NCBI RefSeq assembly: GCF_003918875.1
Contig: NW_025765503.1
Coordinates: forward strand, 1,550,001-1,614,000
Origin: Haliotis rubra
Lineage: Eukaryota
Direction of reading: 5' to 3'
DNA length: 64,000 nucleotides
Shown here: positions 1-10,749 of the stretch, in pieces
Layout: the number at the start of each line of letters is the position of its first letter
Numbering within the stretch: position 1 is the first letter of the stretch
Translations under genes and position numbers: made by a program
The notes under the pieces: model-generated
Databases searched by the model: none
What the model saw: the letters and a program-made list of their open reading frames with translations, nothing else
What the model was told of the DNA's origin: nothing

Positions 1-243
1 TATTTAAGATCATATGTTCAATCCTACACCTACAGTAGCATACGTTTACAATCAGTAGATTCAAATGTGTGTGGATTGTATTGTCTATATTATCTGTTGT
101 GCACATTTAAAGCTAACTGGACTTTTCACTACTTTTATCAACAGTTTGATGTAAAAAACTTCAATTGGAATGATATGTTTGTATCTCAATATATTTGTCA
201 CTATTTTAAATATTGTACTCCTTCCTGTTTTGGTTGTCAATGA
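1..243 (+). CDS. C-terminal part of Polinton adenain-like cysteine protease (5' truncated by window edge)
   Basis: Frame 1 reads YLRSYVQSYTYSSIRLQSVDSNVCGLYCLYYLL...CFGCQ*, with the Q-x3-S-x2-CGLYC catalytic Cys motif. AATAAA at 281. Not in the ORF track. Confidence 0.85.
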   Translation, partial: YLRSYVQSYTYSSIRLQSVDSNVCGLYCLYYLLCTFKANWTFHYFYQQFDVKNFNWNDMFVSQYICHYFKYCTPSCFGCQ

Positions 244-389
244 AAATATGTATCATATTTGCATGGAAAAGAAAAAAATCAATAAAAATTAGTTTAGTTT
301 AAATTTTGTGGTTGGTATTTGTATAAAAAAGAAGTCATGTGAGGTTTTAACTCACTACTACAATACACCAGTGAAGTGTGCAAGTCACC

Positions 390-1064
390 ATGGAAGAAAG
401 GTTATGTCTGTTACCCTTTCATGCACCTACTACAATTTCTGTAGCAGGAGGATCCTCTAGTGGTAAAAGTGTTTGGACTGCTCGTCTCATAAATCAAGCG
501 AATACCATGTTTGACCCAGCACCTAACTTGATTATTTACTGTTATGTTGTCTGGCAAGACATTTATACAGAGCTTGAAAAAAGTGTTTGCAATATTAGAT
601 TTCAAGATCACTTGCCTACTGAAGAGGAACTGAAATCTTATTCACATGAATCTGACAAAAAATGTTTGCTTGTTCTGGATGATTACATGCAACAAATTTG
701 TAAAAGTTCTTTGTTTTTAGATCTGTATACCACACTATCACATCATTTCGGAATTACAGTTATAAACATTATGCAAAGTGTGTACCCAAAAGGTGAATGT
801 GCAAGAACAATGTCACTGAACACACATTACTTTATCCTGTTGTCTAATCCACGTTCAGCACATGAATATAAGATTTTAGCATCACAAGTATTTCCAGGTC
901 AAGCTAAGTATTTTGCTGAATCGTTTCAAGATGCAGTAGGAGGAAAGAAATATGGTTATCTTGTCTTAGATGTGTCACCTTATGCTGATGAACAGTACGG
1001 TCGTTTACGCACCAACATATTTACTGATGATGGGATGTGCACAGTCTACCTACCGCAGAAATAA
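390..1064 (+). CDS. A32/FtsK-like genome packaging ATPase
   Basis: Walker A GGSSSGKS, Walker B LLVLDD, SHH...IMQ and R-x2-SLNTHY motifs typical of Polinton ATPases. ATG at 390, TATAAA at 322. Confidence 0.93.
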   Translation: MEERLCLLPFHAPTTISVAGGSSSGKSVWTARLINQANTMFDPAPNLIIYCYVVWQDIYTELEKSVCNIRFQDHLPTEEELKSYSHESDKKCLLVLDDYMQQICKSSLFLDLYTTLSHHFGITVINIMQSVYPKGECARTMSLNTHYFILLSNPRSAHEYKILASQVFPGQAKYFAESFQDAVGGKKYGYLVLDVSPYADEQYGRLRTNIFTDDGMCTVYLPQK

Positions 1065-1140
1065 CTTAGCATGATTTAAATATGCACATAGATGCCTGTG
1101 ATACACCATTTCACTTACAACCTCTGAACTGAACAGAACT

Positions 1141-1485
1141 ATGGATACATGTGGACGGTTTGAACATTTTCCTTACGTGGAAGCAGATTGTGTTGGTGTC
1201 ACACATACTTCTCCCGATGGACAAAAGTTTACTGATAGACTGGCTTCATTTAAGACTTGGCCAACTCAGATCAAACAATCACCTAAAGCCATGGCTGAAG
1301 CTGGATTTATGTACACGGGACAATCTGATAGGGTCTACTGCTTCAAGTGTAAACTTTATGCATCACAGTGGATATCAGAAGATGAACCAATGACTGAACA
1401 TTTTAGACTGTCTCCTCATTGTAACTATATCAACATGATAGCAGCTCCAAAACATACAACTTTAAATAAATATGAATCATCATAG
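1141..1485 (+). CDS. Single-BIR-domain (IAP-like) protein
   Basis: RLASFKTWP...MAEAGFMYTGQSDRVYCFKC...W...DEPMTEHFRLSPHC gives the BIR signature CxxC-x16-H-x6-C. No RING domain. Confidence 0.9.
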   Translation: MDTCGRFEHFPYVEADCVGVTHTSPDGQKFTDRLASFKTWPTQIKQSPKAMAEAGFMYTGQSDRVYCFKCKLYASQWISEDEPMTEHFRLSPHCNYINMIAAPKHTTLNKYESS

Positions 1486-1568
1486 TTTTTCAAAACTGAC
1501 AACCTTCTATAACAACCAATCCACTTCACTTCAGTCATTCTACAGTCAGCTCTCCTACAGCAAACAAA

Positions 1569-2030
1569 ATGTATGCAGTGAAGGAAAGGACTTGTTTGAT
1601 CAACATTATCGAAAAACACAGAAAGAATGATGCAACACTGAAAGAAACAGCTTCTCGAATGTTGTTTACAGTGTCAGTGTGGGGAGACGATTACGCTGCT
1701 TTACATATAGAAAATGACTATGACTCATGGACGGAAGTCTTTAAAGACTTGTTGTGGAATAACAGACTGTGTCCCAACATATTGGATGAAGATATATGGA
1801 CAGATGGAGAGGTAGACTACGAATGCTTCAGTAGCGAAAACGAACGAGCAGCTGCTAATAATATTTTTCGAAATGCTATGTCTTTACAAGATTACGAAGA
1901 CTCAAAACACAGTACCTCTGTGTCTGTTAAGGGTGAAGATTTGTTGGAAAGTTGGCAAAGAGATCCTCCTCATGATTGTAGTCAGTGCGAAGACGATGAC
2001 AATGAAGAAGATGCGAATTTTTGTTTCTAG
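1569..2030 (+). CDS. Acidic hypothetical Polinton protein
   Basis: Intact 153-aa ATG ORF between viral genes, D/E-rich with a C-terminal CxxC. No family recognised. Confidence 0.65.
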   Translation: MYAVKERTCLINIIEKHRKNDATLKETASRMLFTVSVWGDDYAALHIENDYDSWTEVFKDLLWNNRLCPNILDEDIWTDGEVDYECFSSENERAAANNIFRNAMSLQDYEDSKHSTSVSVKGEDLLESWQRDPPHDCSQCEDDDNEEDANFCF

Positions 2031-2097
2031 ATAAATAACAATAACTAAAGATGTGTTTCTTCATTTGAAAGTGGAACAGCTACCCTACAGCATCAAC

Positions 2098-2550
2098 ATG
2101 AGTGGATTGATAAAAAATCATGTTAGTTTCTTAACAGTGTTAGCAGAAGCTAACCCTGCACAGAGAAAGGCTATGCTGTCTCATGCTTCTTCAGAACAAT
2201 TCCTATCAATTCTTACTCTTGTGTATAATATTCTCATGGGTAACATAGAGGTGACAGAAAAAGATAAAACTTGGTTGTCTCGTCGCAAGAAGGTCATTCG
2301 CATGTTAGCCAACAAGGGTGTCAGCAGACACAGAAAACGTGCACTCATCATCTTACACCATTCAATTCTACCTATTTGCATAAGGAGTTATATAACCACT
2401 ATACAAGATGAGCAAGCCAATGATTCTTTTGACAAGAGAGAATTACCAGAGATTGGTGGCAAAACAAGAAGAAGAGAAAGCTCATCAGACAGCTCAACAG
2501 ACACCACAACAGACACCTCATCAGACAGCTCAGCCTCAGAAAGTGAGTGA
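2098..2550 (+). CDS. Polinton/adintovirus-conserved small basic protein (putative virion core protein)
   Basis: L..LAEANPAQRKAML..AS.EQ...I..LVYNIL.GNI.V...K..L.RRKKVIRMLA.K.VS..RKR..I resembles a recurrent Polinton ORF family (recalled, not searched). ATG at 2098. Confidence 0.7.
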   Translation: MSGLIKNHVSFLTVLAEANPAQRKAMLSHASSEQFLSILTLVYNILMGNIEVTEKDKTWLSRRKKVIRMLANKGVSRHRKRALIILHHSILPICIRSYITTIQDEQANDSFDKRELPEIGGKTRRRESSSDSSTDTTTDTSSDSSASESE

Positions 2551-2998
2551 GTCAGATAAGGATGACACTTCACAACTCGTATGCAGCAAGAAGCCTGAAC
2601 ACCTTTTTCAAGTTCCCGAACAATTAATCAGAGACATTTCTTCTACCAAGACTATTGGTAAATTGATGACAATGTGGATGTTTGTGAAAGACAAGATTGA
2701 AAAGGAACAATTAAATGTAGATTCAAATTCACAACTTGTTTTGGGAAATGGTAATGTTGTGAAAAATTCAAATGTAGTAGATTTGATTCGATATTTCATC
2801 CTGTCACCACGAAGTAAGCGCTCACCTGCAGGTTATAAGCAGTTTCTAAAACTGTTAAAACGTTTACATGCACCTAAACAACTTTTGAAAAGAAGAAAAA
2901 CAAAAGACGAAAGACATTCAAATATTTTATACATGAAAAGAAAACCAGCGAAAGGTGTGCCCGGCACAACAAAAATAAGAGCATTAGACGCTCTGTAG
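2408..2998 (+). CDS. Polinton/adintovirus-conserved protein (SNVVDLI...P.GY..F...L...AP motif)
   Basis: C-terminal motif resembles a Polinton ORF family usually next to the preceding gene. Overlaps it by 143 nt. AATAAA at ~3015. Confidence 0.7.
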   Translation: MSKPMILLTRENYQRLVAKQEEEKAHQTAQQTPQQTPHQTAQPQKVSESDKDDTSQLVCSKKPEHLFQVPEQLIRDISSTKTIGKLMTMWMFVKDKIEKEQLNVDSNSQLVLGNGNVVKNSNVVDLIRYFILSPRSKRSPAGYKQFLKLLKRLHAPKQLLKRRKTKDERHSNILYMKRKPAKGVPGTTKIRALDAL

Positions 2999-3156
2999 TT
3001 TTCATGCTTTTTTCAATAAAGACTTAAATTACATTTTATTGTTGTTGTTTTTGCACCGTTGCTCATTTTATTGTTGTTGTCTTTGCACAGTTGCTCATAG
3101 AGCAATTAGCACATCATAGTGCGCATATACACACAGAGGATGAATAACTCCTTCAG

Positions 3157-3384
3157 TCATTGTGGTGTATGACAAGTGCACATACGTGGCTTCTTTTTCT
3201 GCTTCTTCTGTATCGCCTTCCTCCTCACAGCACAAGTGTCTGTATGCGTCATAAACCTGTGATAGGTGTATTTCAGTTTGGTATTGCAATAGACACATGT
3301 AAAGAGTCCTTGATCATCTTCCCCATTTGCATCCACTGACAGGAAGTGATGACACCTTGTGCACATGTAGGCTGCTTCATTCAT
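3157..3384 (-). CDS. Small Cys/His zinc-binding protein with basic tail
   Basis: MNEAAYMCTRC...CVYC...HTDTC...KKQKKKPRMCTCH. Splice acceptor TTATTTACAG (3400-3391) just upstream, candidate donor AAG|GTATGG at 3576, minus-strand AATAAA at ~3035-3072. Confidence 0.55.
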   Translation of the reverse strand: MNEAAYMCTRCHHFLSVDANGEDDQGLFTCVYCNTKLKYTYHRFMTHTDTCAVRRKAIQKKQKKKPRMCTCHTPQ

Positions 3385-3618
3385 CCTGTCCTGTAAATAA
3401 ATCAAACACGCATGTATTAACACAAAATACATGAACATACATTCTCAAATTTCCAAACTTGAAACCAAAAGAATTTCAAAATTATTATAAGTATAATGAT
3501 TATTAGCAATCCAAAAGAAAATTGTTAATAATATCTTTAACAGGTTAAATGATGAATTTTACTGAGACGTCCATACCTTGCTAGAGACTTTATTTTCTTT
3601 CTTTTATTTTTCCTTGAC

Positions 3619-6600
3619 TCACTCTATGGGTGAATAACCATAAGGAACACTGTGAACACCATCTTCTAGCAGATAACGTTTATTGTCACAACTAGTCAAA
3701 GCCATCTTTTGTTCTTTTTGAGTGAACAGAGTATTATTGCAGGATCGAATCAGAAAATAAGAACAGGAGACAGCTTCATTGTGAAATAGACACTCTTTAA
3801 ACATCCTATGTCTAAGAAATTTCTTGATAACTAATTTTTTTATGCCTTTGGCGGTTTTTTTCTCAATGACCTCTTTGTCTGTTTTCATCAAATATGAATA
3901 CATTTTTGCTTTTAAGCCGCAAAATTCCAAAATAATGTTTCCAGATGCTTCATCTTTCATTTTGCCAGTGACTTTTCTGTTTTGGTCAGAATATAATTCC
4001 TTAGGGTCTGTAGGTGCATAATTGGAGGTGTCAAATAAATGCAAATTTTCTTTCATGAACACATAGGGATCAAGAAGTGGTTCATGTGGAGGGGCATGAA
4101 CTTGCATAAAAAGACTGTCAGTGTCTGTCATGAGCAAATCTAAATGCTCATGTCCATATTGCTTTTGCATCACATTGTAGTAGAAGTCATAGATTTCATA
4201 TTTGGCTAAATCTAAAATGGTAAAACCAACAGTGATGGGTTGATCTAAATGTACACTTGTATTTTCCAGTTCAACTGCCACCACCTCTTCTGAATAAATT
4301 TTGACATGTTTGAAGTTGCTTTTAGCAGTAAGTTTTTGAAGTTTTGGTCTTTGTGTCACCAAGTGAACCTTTTTGTGCTTGCGTTTATTCATGCAAAAAC
4401 GACCAAAAACACAATTGTTCATCAATTTGTAACGGTCTTTGTCACAATCATCTTTTGCATTTTTTCGATTTCTCAGGTTGAGTTCAACATAAGATTTTAA
4501 CCATGGTCCTTGACGAAATTTCAACACTCTGTGTATTTGGCTTAAAACCAAACCATGTCTTAAATACAATTGTAATGTTTTGAAATGAACCACATAGTGT
4601 AAACGATTTTTCAAGGTACAAAAAAGCTTTCTGCCAGAGGATTTCTTTGGAAGTTTATGAACGGGACGTTTTAAGAAATGGGCTAATAACTCTTTGTGTT
4701 TAGGAGATAATTCGTGGAATGGAATATCATCGTGAGTTGGAGCCATGGGGAAAGCAGCATGAGCTTTGTGCAAGTGATTGGGGTACAACAAATCCACTTC
4801 CAAGATATAGCCTGTGTCACCTTCTGTATCTACACTGTTCCAGTCAATTTGATTATATTCTTCAGGTTCAATGAACTGATAATTACCAATAGGAAGTGGT
4901 TTTAACATCACAGTGGCGTAAAGCGAATTTACATCAAAATAATTCAAATATGAAGTATCTTTGTCCGGATCAAAATCAACCATGTGTTCATTGTTGCTTT
5001 CCGCATATTTTTTACCAATGACTGACACCCCACCACGAATAGCATTTTCAATGAAATTGTAAGTGTCTACGTTGGTGAACAGATCCAGTTTTGCGCCAGT
5101 GATTTTCATAGCAGCATCCAGACAGAAACCTGGCATGGAGTAATAGTGACAAATGTCTAACCCATAGTCAGCTAAACAGCCTGTTCTAAAGGTTTCAACA
5201 ATATCTGTTAACAACAACACATCTACTGTGACATACAATGTCATAAAATCTGTCATAGATTGACATTCAAATGTTTCCCACAATTCATGAGCAAAGGAAT
5301 AATCATTATCACTAACACCCTCTTCTGACAATGAACTGTAGAATGATTCCTGAGGTGGTAAAGAGGTCTCATCTAAAGTTTCCCATGAACTCATATGTTC
5401 ATAGGGAAATGGAAGTTTTCGTGTTAAGACCTCTACATGGTGAGGAAATTCTTCTTTCAAATATTTAAAAGAATCTACACCTTTTTTCATTTGATTTTTT
5501 GTCAATGCATCCAAAGAACTTTGTAAAAATTTGTATGAATCCAAAAAAACTAACTTATTGTCTATAGTAAAGGACAGAAATTGTTCAGTGGTATGAGGTA
5601 TGACTGTAATCTCTCGATCACCAAACTTTTGTGCCACTTCTAACAACAGATGAGCATCATAATGTTCCAAATTATGAAACATCACAATCACCTTTTTTCT
5701 TAGTTGAAAGTTAAGATTGCATTTGTTATGCAGGACTTGGCGGAATTCACCTGACAAATGGTCATGATCCAGCACTCTATCTTTTCCAAGAAGTTCTCCA
5801 CATAAACCACAATGAGTAGTATTGTTAATGAGTATTTTATTGTCATTGGTAAGCTGCATAGGTTTGACTGAATCAAATAAATTCATAATCTCATCATATT
5901 CTTTTAAAATATTTTCAATGAAGTGTTCAGCTGCATTTTCACCAACAAAAGTCTGAACAGGTTTGGTATATTGCTCATCAGTACATACCACCTTGTAAGC
6001 ATACCCACAAGGCACATGACGATTCAAACGAGGAGAATGACCTTGTTCTGGAATTAATAAACTTTCAAAATCAGCAAATATGATGAATTTAGCTCGATCG
6101 GTTTTGCTTTGTGATCTTAAACCAAACTCATACAATGCTTCTTCCGGTTCAGGTAAAACAACTCTTTGTGCCTTCTTATAACAATACCCTTTGTGAGCCT
6201 CTAACCTTTCTTCAGATGAGTAAGACCATAAACACTTCCTACAAACAAAGGATTTGTTTTGGTTACATCTGCTTCTGATTAATCCATTAAGATTACTGAT
6301 GAGACAGAAGTGTGTATTTAGCTCAATGTCTATATCCATGGCTTCCTCCTGAGATTCTAACCCTAATATCCCTTCAAAATCATCCGGTTCACTTTCCTCT
6401 GACAAAAATAGAAGATCGATTTGTCTGTTTTCATCTACATGCGACTTATCAGAAATATACATTGGATATAAGGTATTGTCTTCAAAGCCAAAAACATTGA
6501 TGCACAAATGGTTCACTTGTTCAAAACGTGGAATTTGTTTCAATGACATAGGAAAAGTAAAGCCTTCCAAATTGAGTGTATTTAGATAGGGGAGGTAATG

Positions 6601-7853
6601 TGTCTCTCGTTCTTTGTGTTGGGTCACTGGATACAATTTGGCAAGAATAGACAAAACAAAACATAAATTATTGTTTTCATTTTTGACATTTGTGATACAA
6701 TACTGGTGTTTTGCTAAACTTGAAGGCAAAGGCATGTAACTACCACCTTTAAATGGTTTAAATTTCACCACAGTGAGTTTCATCATGACAATGGCATTGA
6801 CATTTAAACCAGAATGAACGCCTTCATAATCATCTAAAGTTTGCAACATTTTATTCATTGCTTCCAAGTATTGATCAATCAAATCACTTCCTTCAGTAGC
6901 TATCTGCATCTCGCTTCTAAAATAGGCTTCATGATAATTTGCATTACCACCTTCACCTGGTTTCTCCATCTTGATATGTAAACATAGTGACCATTTAATT
7001 GACTTTTTTCTTTTATTTCTAATTCAAGCATTGAAATAACACTATTCTGTTCTCTGACTAGAAATTCCAATGCATCAGTAGCAGTTCCCTCTTGAATGTC
7101 ATATTCTCTTACATCACCATTTAAGGCTTGATAAGAACATGGTTTTGAAGCATCTGATGAGTCATTTGCAGATGGATGAGACGTGGTTGGAGGTGACCCT
7201 GCAGGCGAATCTTGCTGTACAGACACAGTGGTTGATTTTGTTTTTTGCCTAGCTTTGCCTTTCCCTCTCCCCACCATATCGTGACTAGTTTCATTTTTGT
7301 GCAACCTCAAAGCTTTGGATGTACGAAAGGATTGATTGCATGTTTGACAAGTATGAGGAGATGGGTGAGAAGTGGTTGGTGACAACACTGGAGGTGAATG
7401 ATGTGGTACAGTCACAGTGGCTGATTTTGTTTTTTGCCTACTAGCTTTACCTTTCCCTCTCCCTAACATACCATGGTTAGTTTCATTTTTGTGTAACCTC
7501 AAAGCTTTGGATGTCTGAAAGGATTGATTGCATGTTTGACAAGTATGAGTAGAAGCATTATTTGATGTTGAAGCTCTGTTTGTTGCACATGGATGCATCT
7601 GATAGTCAATTTCATTGCTAAAATACAGAAAGCAATGTGGACATTGACGACAATACACAACTTTTTGCTTACATATTTTGCTGTGTCTTTTCAAGCTGTC
7701 TCTTCTGTTAAATTGTTTTTGACAATATTGACAGGCATACAATGCACCTTCTCTAGCACAGTACTTTTGATGACGAACTAAGTTCCGTTTATATTTAAAA
7801 TTTTGATGACAATGTTCACATGTAAAGATCAAACAGGTGGTATGATCCGACAT
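3619..7853 (-). CDS. polB: Protein-primed family B DNA polymerase (pPolB) polyprotein: C2H2 zinc fingers, terminal-protein region, OTU-like protease, Endo VII/HNH insert, exonuclease, polymerase; one -1 frameshift at ~7004-7009
   Basis: Exo FADFES / FHNLEHYD / YVTVDV; pol YFDVNSLY, KLMNNCVFGR, TDTDS, KAKMY, TAKGI; Endo VII CGLC...DHDHLSG...HNKCN (~5715-5815); OTU-like NLCF...THFCLI. ORFs 6900-7853 and 3619-6969 join into about 1411 aa if one A is added to the A6 run. Confidence 0.93.
7169..7549 (-). repeat. Internal ~190-bp tandem duplication in the PolB N-terminus (C2H2 finger plus basic/Pro-Ser linker, two copies)
   Basis: HTCQTCNQSF(Q/R)TSKALRLHKNET.H.M.GRGKGK occurs twice, period 189-192 nt. 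Confidence 0.9.
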
Positions 7854-8796
7854 TGTAAATCAAGGTTATTCAGCCATGAAAGAGTAAAGATTGCAATGTA
7901 AAGGAACCTGTGGAAGAGAGAAATAACTTGTTAAACATGAATATAGGAATTGTATAAACTGTTTCACAAAATGCAAAAGTGTGCTTTCCTTCACAGAAGT
8001 AATTTTCCTAAACCTCTTTTCCTTAAATGCGTTAAAATTATACAAAAATAATAATCTTACCTTTTGAAAGTGCAAGGCTTCAAATGGGAAAGTTGAGTGG
8101 ATTTTTCTATCTGCCACAAGTGTCTTGTCTGCAGCTTGATTTTGAATGATGAAACGGCACGGTGGAGTAAAGTTTAATACCATTAAAAAGTTTTGCACTC
8201 GCTACTACTGATGATTGGTCAAAAGAAGGGTGAGGTTAAACATGATGAGAAAAACAAACACCATAAGGGAGATTTTGAATAAGTGACTCTGAAGCCCGAT
8301 GTCTTAGTCAACATACTAAGAGCTACCTTATGTTCAAGGTGTTGTCAATAAAAGGTTCTTCTTATCAACAGGTTTCAATGGTGAGTAGAGGGTGTAGTTA
8401 AAAAAGATTATTTTTTTATTTGCTAAAATGTTATATCTGACTATGTCAGTTGGTGCTTGCAGGTGGAGGAGGTGACATGTGATGGTGATTCAGCATCATG
8501 AGATCGCTCATATAATTGGGACTTTTCATTCTTTCATGAGTGAGAGGAGTGTTTCATATTTTCTAAGTAAATACACATTCATGACATTGCTGTTTCTTAA
8601 GTATGTTATAAAAGAAGTGGCATAAAAGGAATTTACGAAAACGGTTAGTCATGACAAAGTTCGATTAAGAAAGAAATGTGCTGACACAAAGAGTAACACA
8701 TTTGCTTTTGGTGTTTCAAAAGGATAGGAATATGTGGGAAAGTAAAAATTCTCACGATATGAAAACACACGTGACTACCAGAAGCAACTATATAAA

Positions 8797-9351
8797 ATGG
8801 AAGCAGCAAAATCTTCATTTAACACTGCTGTTCTTCCTTTGCTGCCGAAAGAAAAGATGAACGATACTTACCAATTTGCTGAGAGACACTATCTCTCAGT
8901 AAATTTCTTCAATGGTGTGGTGTATGTCCACCTCACGAATTGGAACAGTCGTGGAGCAAAAAAGAGCATTTCCATGACAGCTGACATCTTTAAGCTGCTC
9001 ATGAGCTCAGGATCAGACTACACTGAAAAAGTGAAAGACTTTGAGCTACTACACCTACCAGTGGATGTTCCTGAACCGGAAATAGCTGTTCCAGCTGAGT
9101 TGATGCTACCACCACCACCGCCACCACCAGTACCAGCTGGACATGGAAACCCCATCGTCTCAAGCCCTCCACAGACAGTGCTACTGACAGCTGCACTTGG
9201 AAACCCCATTGGGCAAGCAGTCAGCCTTCCATCTGGACAAGTGAGACCAGTATCTCCCACTCCAATGACACAGCCACCGCCTTATCCTGGAACAAGCAGA
9301 CCCACACCTTATTCAAGAGGTAAGATTACTAAAAATTTACTTGTCAGGTGA
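8797..9351 (+). CDS. PC4/Sub1-like ssDNA-binding domain protein with Pro-rich tail (possibly spliced 9320-9695 to end GNK* at 9706)
   Basis: RHYLSVNFFNGVVYVHL...KKSISMTADIFKLL follows the PC4 pattern (YVSV..F.G...VDIR...KKGISL...W..L). Donor AG|GTAAGA at 9320, acceptor TTTACAG at 9695, AATAAA at ~9808. Confidence 0.7.
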   Translation: MEAAKSSFNTAVLPLLPKEKMNDTYQFAERHYLSVNFFNGVVYVHLTNWNSRGAKKSISMTADIFKLLMSSGSDYTEKVKDFELLHLPVDVPEPEIAVPAELMLPPPPPPPVPAGHGNPIVSSPPQTVLLTAALGNPIGQAVSLPSGQVRPVSPTPMTQPPPYPGTSRPTPYSRGKITKNLLVR

Positions 9352-10109
9352 AGTCTTATTGCAGTATGATGTCTAATTGCTTCTGAGTAGTATTCATAGC
9401 ATATTCAAGAAAAGAATATTTCTATTTTACAATATTGATAATTCTAGAGCTAATAAAATAAAAGGTTCGCAGCAAGTAAATTGACCTACGAAAAATAGGT
9501 ATTGAAAATTTATCTGTGTCTTTGTTTTGTGTGTTTAATATAATATTTTTTAATCTAAGTCTGCGACTTTTGTTCTGTGGTTATATCTATGACTTTGACT
9601 GTTATGTTTTAGTATATCTGTCTAATGTTCTTTTACATCAGAGAAGACTATTGTCATTAACAAAATTCATAATATACTGTTGTTTGTATTTACAGGGAAC
9701 AAGTAATGTGAGAGCTGTGCTCCTGTGTCTGTCACTAAGGGTGTAACCTATGATGGATGTGATGCTGGCTCCGATGTGAAGGATGTGACTTCATGCTGGG
9801 TTGTTCAAATAAAAAAAAGATGAACTTCAATACATTTGTTGGTTATGTGTTTCTGGTGTATTGAGAAGTAAACCTAAAATCGTGTATCCATGGATGATAG
9901 ATATTTGCGCCTGTTATATTCTGATGACGCCTGTTGTTCAACAAGCCCTGTGTACTTCTTCGAGTCAAAGTCACCATGAGCTAACTTGGTAACATATTTT
10001 GGTAACTAAAATTGTATAAGATTCATGAAATTTTTTAAAAATAACCTTAAATCAGCTCATGATGACTTTGTCTAAGGATGTGACCAGTATGATCCATGAC
10101 TTCAACTTG

Positions 10110-10500
10110 CATAAACATACACAATGCAAATGAAGATTTATAATTATTTATTACAAAGATATGTTCCACCACTGTGATGAAAAACATCAGTCTCAATGAC
10201 GTCATATGATCACAGTAGTGGAATGTAGTATAATGTGAACATAAACATACACAATGCAATATATTTATTACAAGGAGAATATTATATTTGCTACACTTCA
10301 CCGCTGTGATAAAAAAAATCAGTTTCAGTGACATCATATGATGAAAGCGGTGGAATGTAGCAATATAATATTACATGAACATACAACACTATATTGCAGT
10401 TTATTTGCTGCATTCCACATCATGCTAAATATCTGTCTGAACAACATCATGCTATCAAGATGTGGAATGTAGCTAATGAATAATATTTGCTACATTTTTC
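10110..10500. repeat. Degenerate ~115-130-bp tandem repeat, each unit an imperfect hairpin
   Basis: Arms 10164-10178/10209-10223, 10278-10305/10346-10372 and 10407-10421/10459-10473; all 3' arms contain TGGAATGTAG. Confidence 0.8.
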
Positions 10501-10749
10501 ACATATGATGACAATGGTGGACTATATATTACATGGACATACAAGAGGTAGAGTTTACATGTTTTGTTTAATGATGAAAAATAGTAGGGCAGGTTGCCTC
10601 TACAGTTGCTGATGACCCATGCCACTGCTATAAAATAATCTCTGAATTTTGTCTAAATTACATTCCAGGAGGTCTGGGTTTGTTGAGCACTGTGGTGGTG
10701 GAGGTACTGAGCTGTTCCTTTTCCTGGTTGAACTGAACTGCTGCCTGCC

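Noticed and set aside
3391-3622. Splicing of the PolB end (GA|GTGAGT) onto the downstream zinc-finger exon as a fusion
   Set aside because: Phases do not match; the splice would add only TG* and not fuse the domains.
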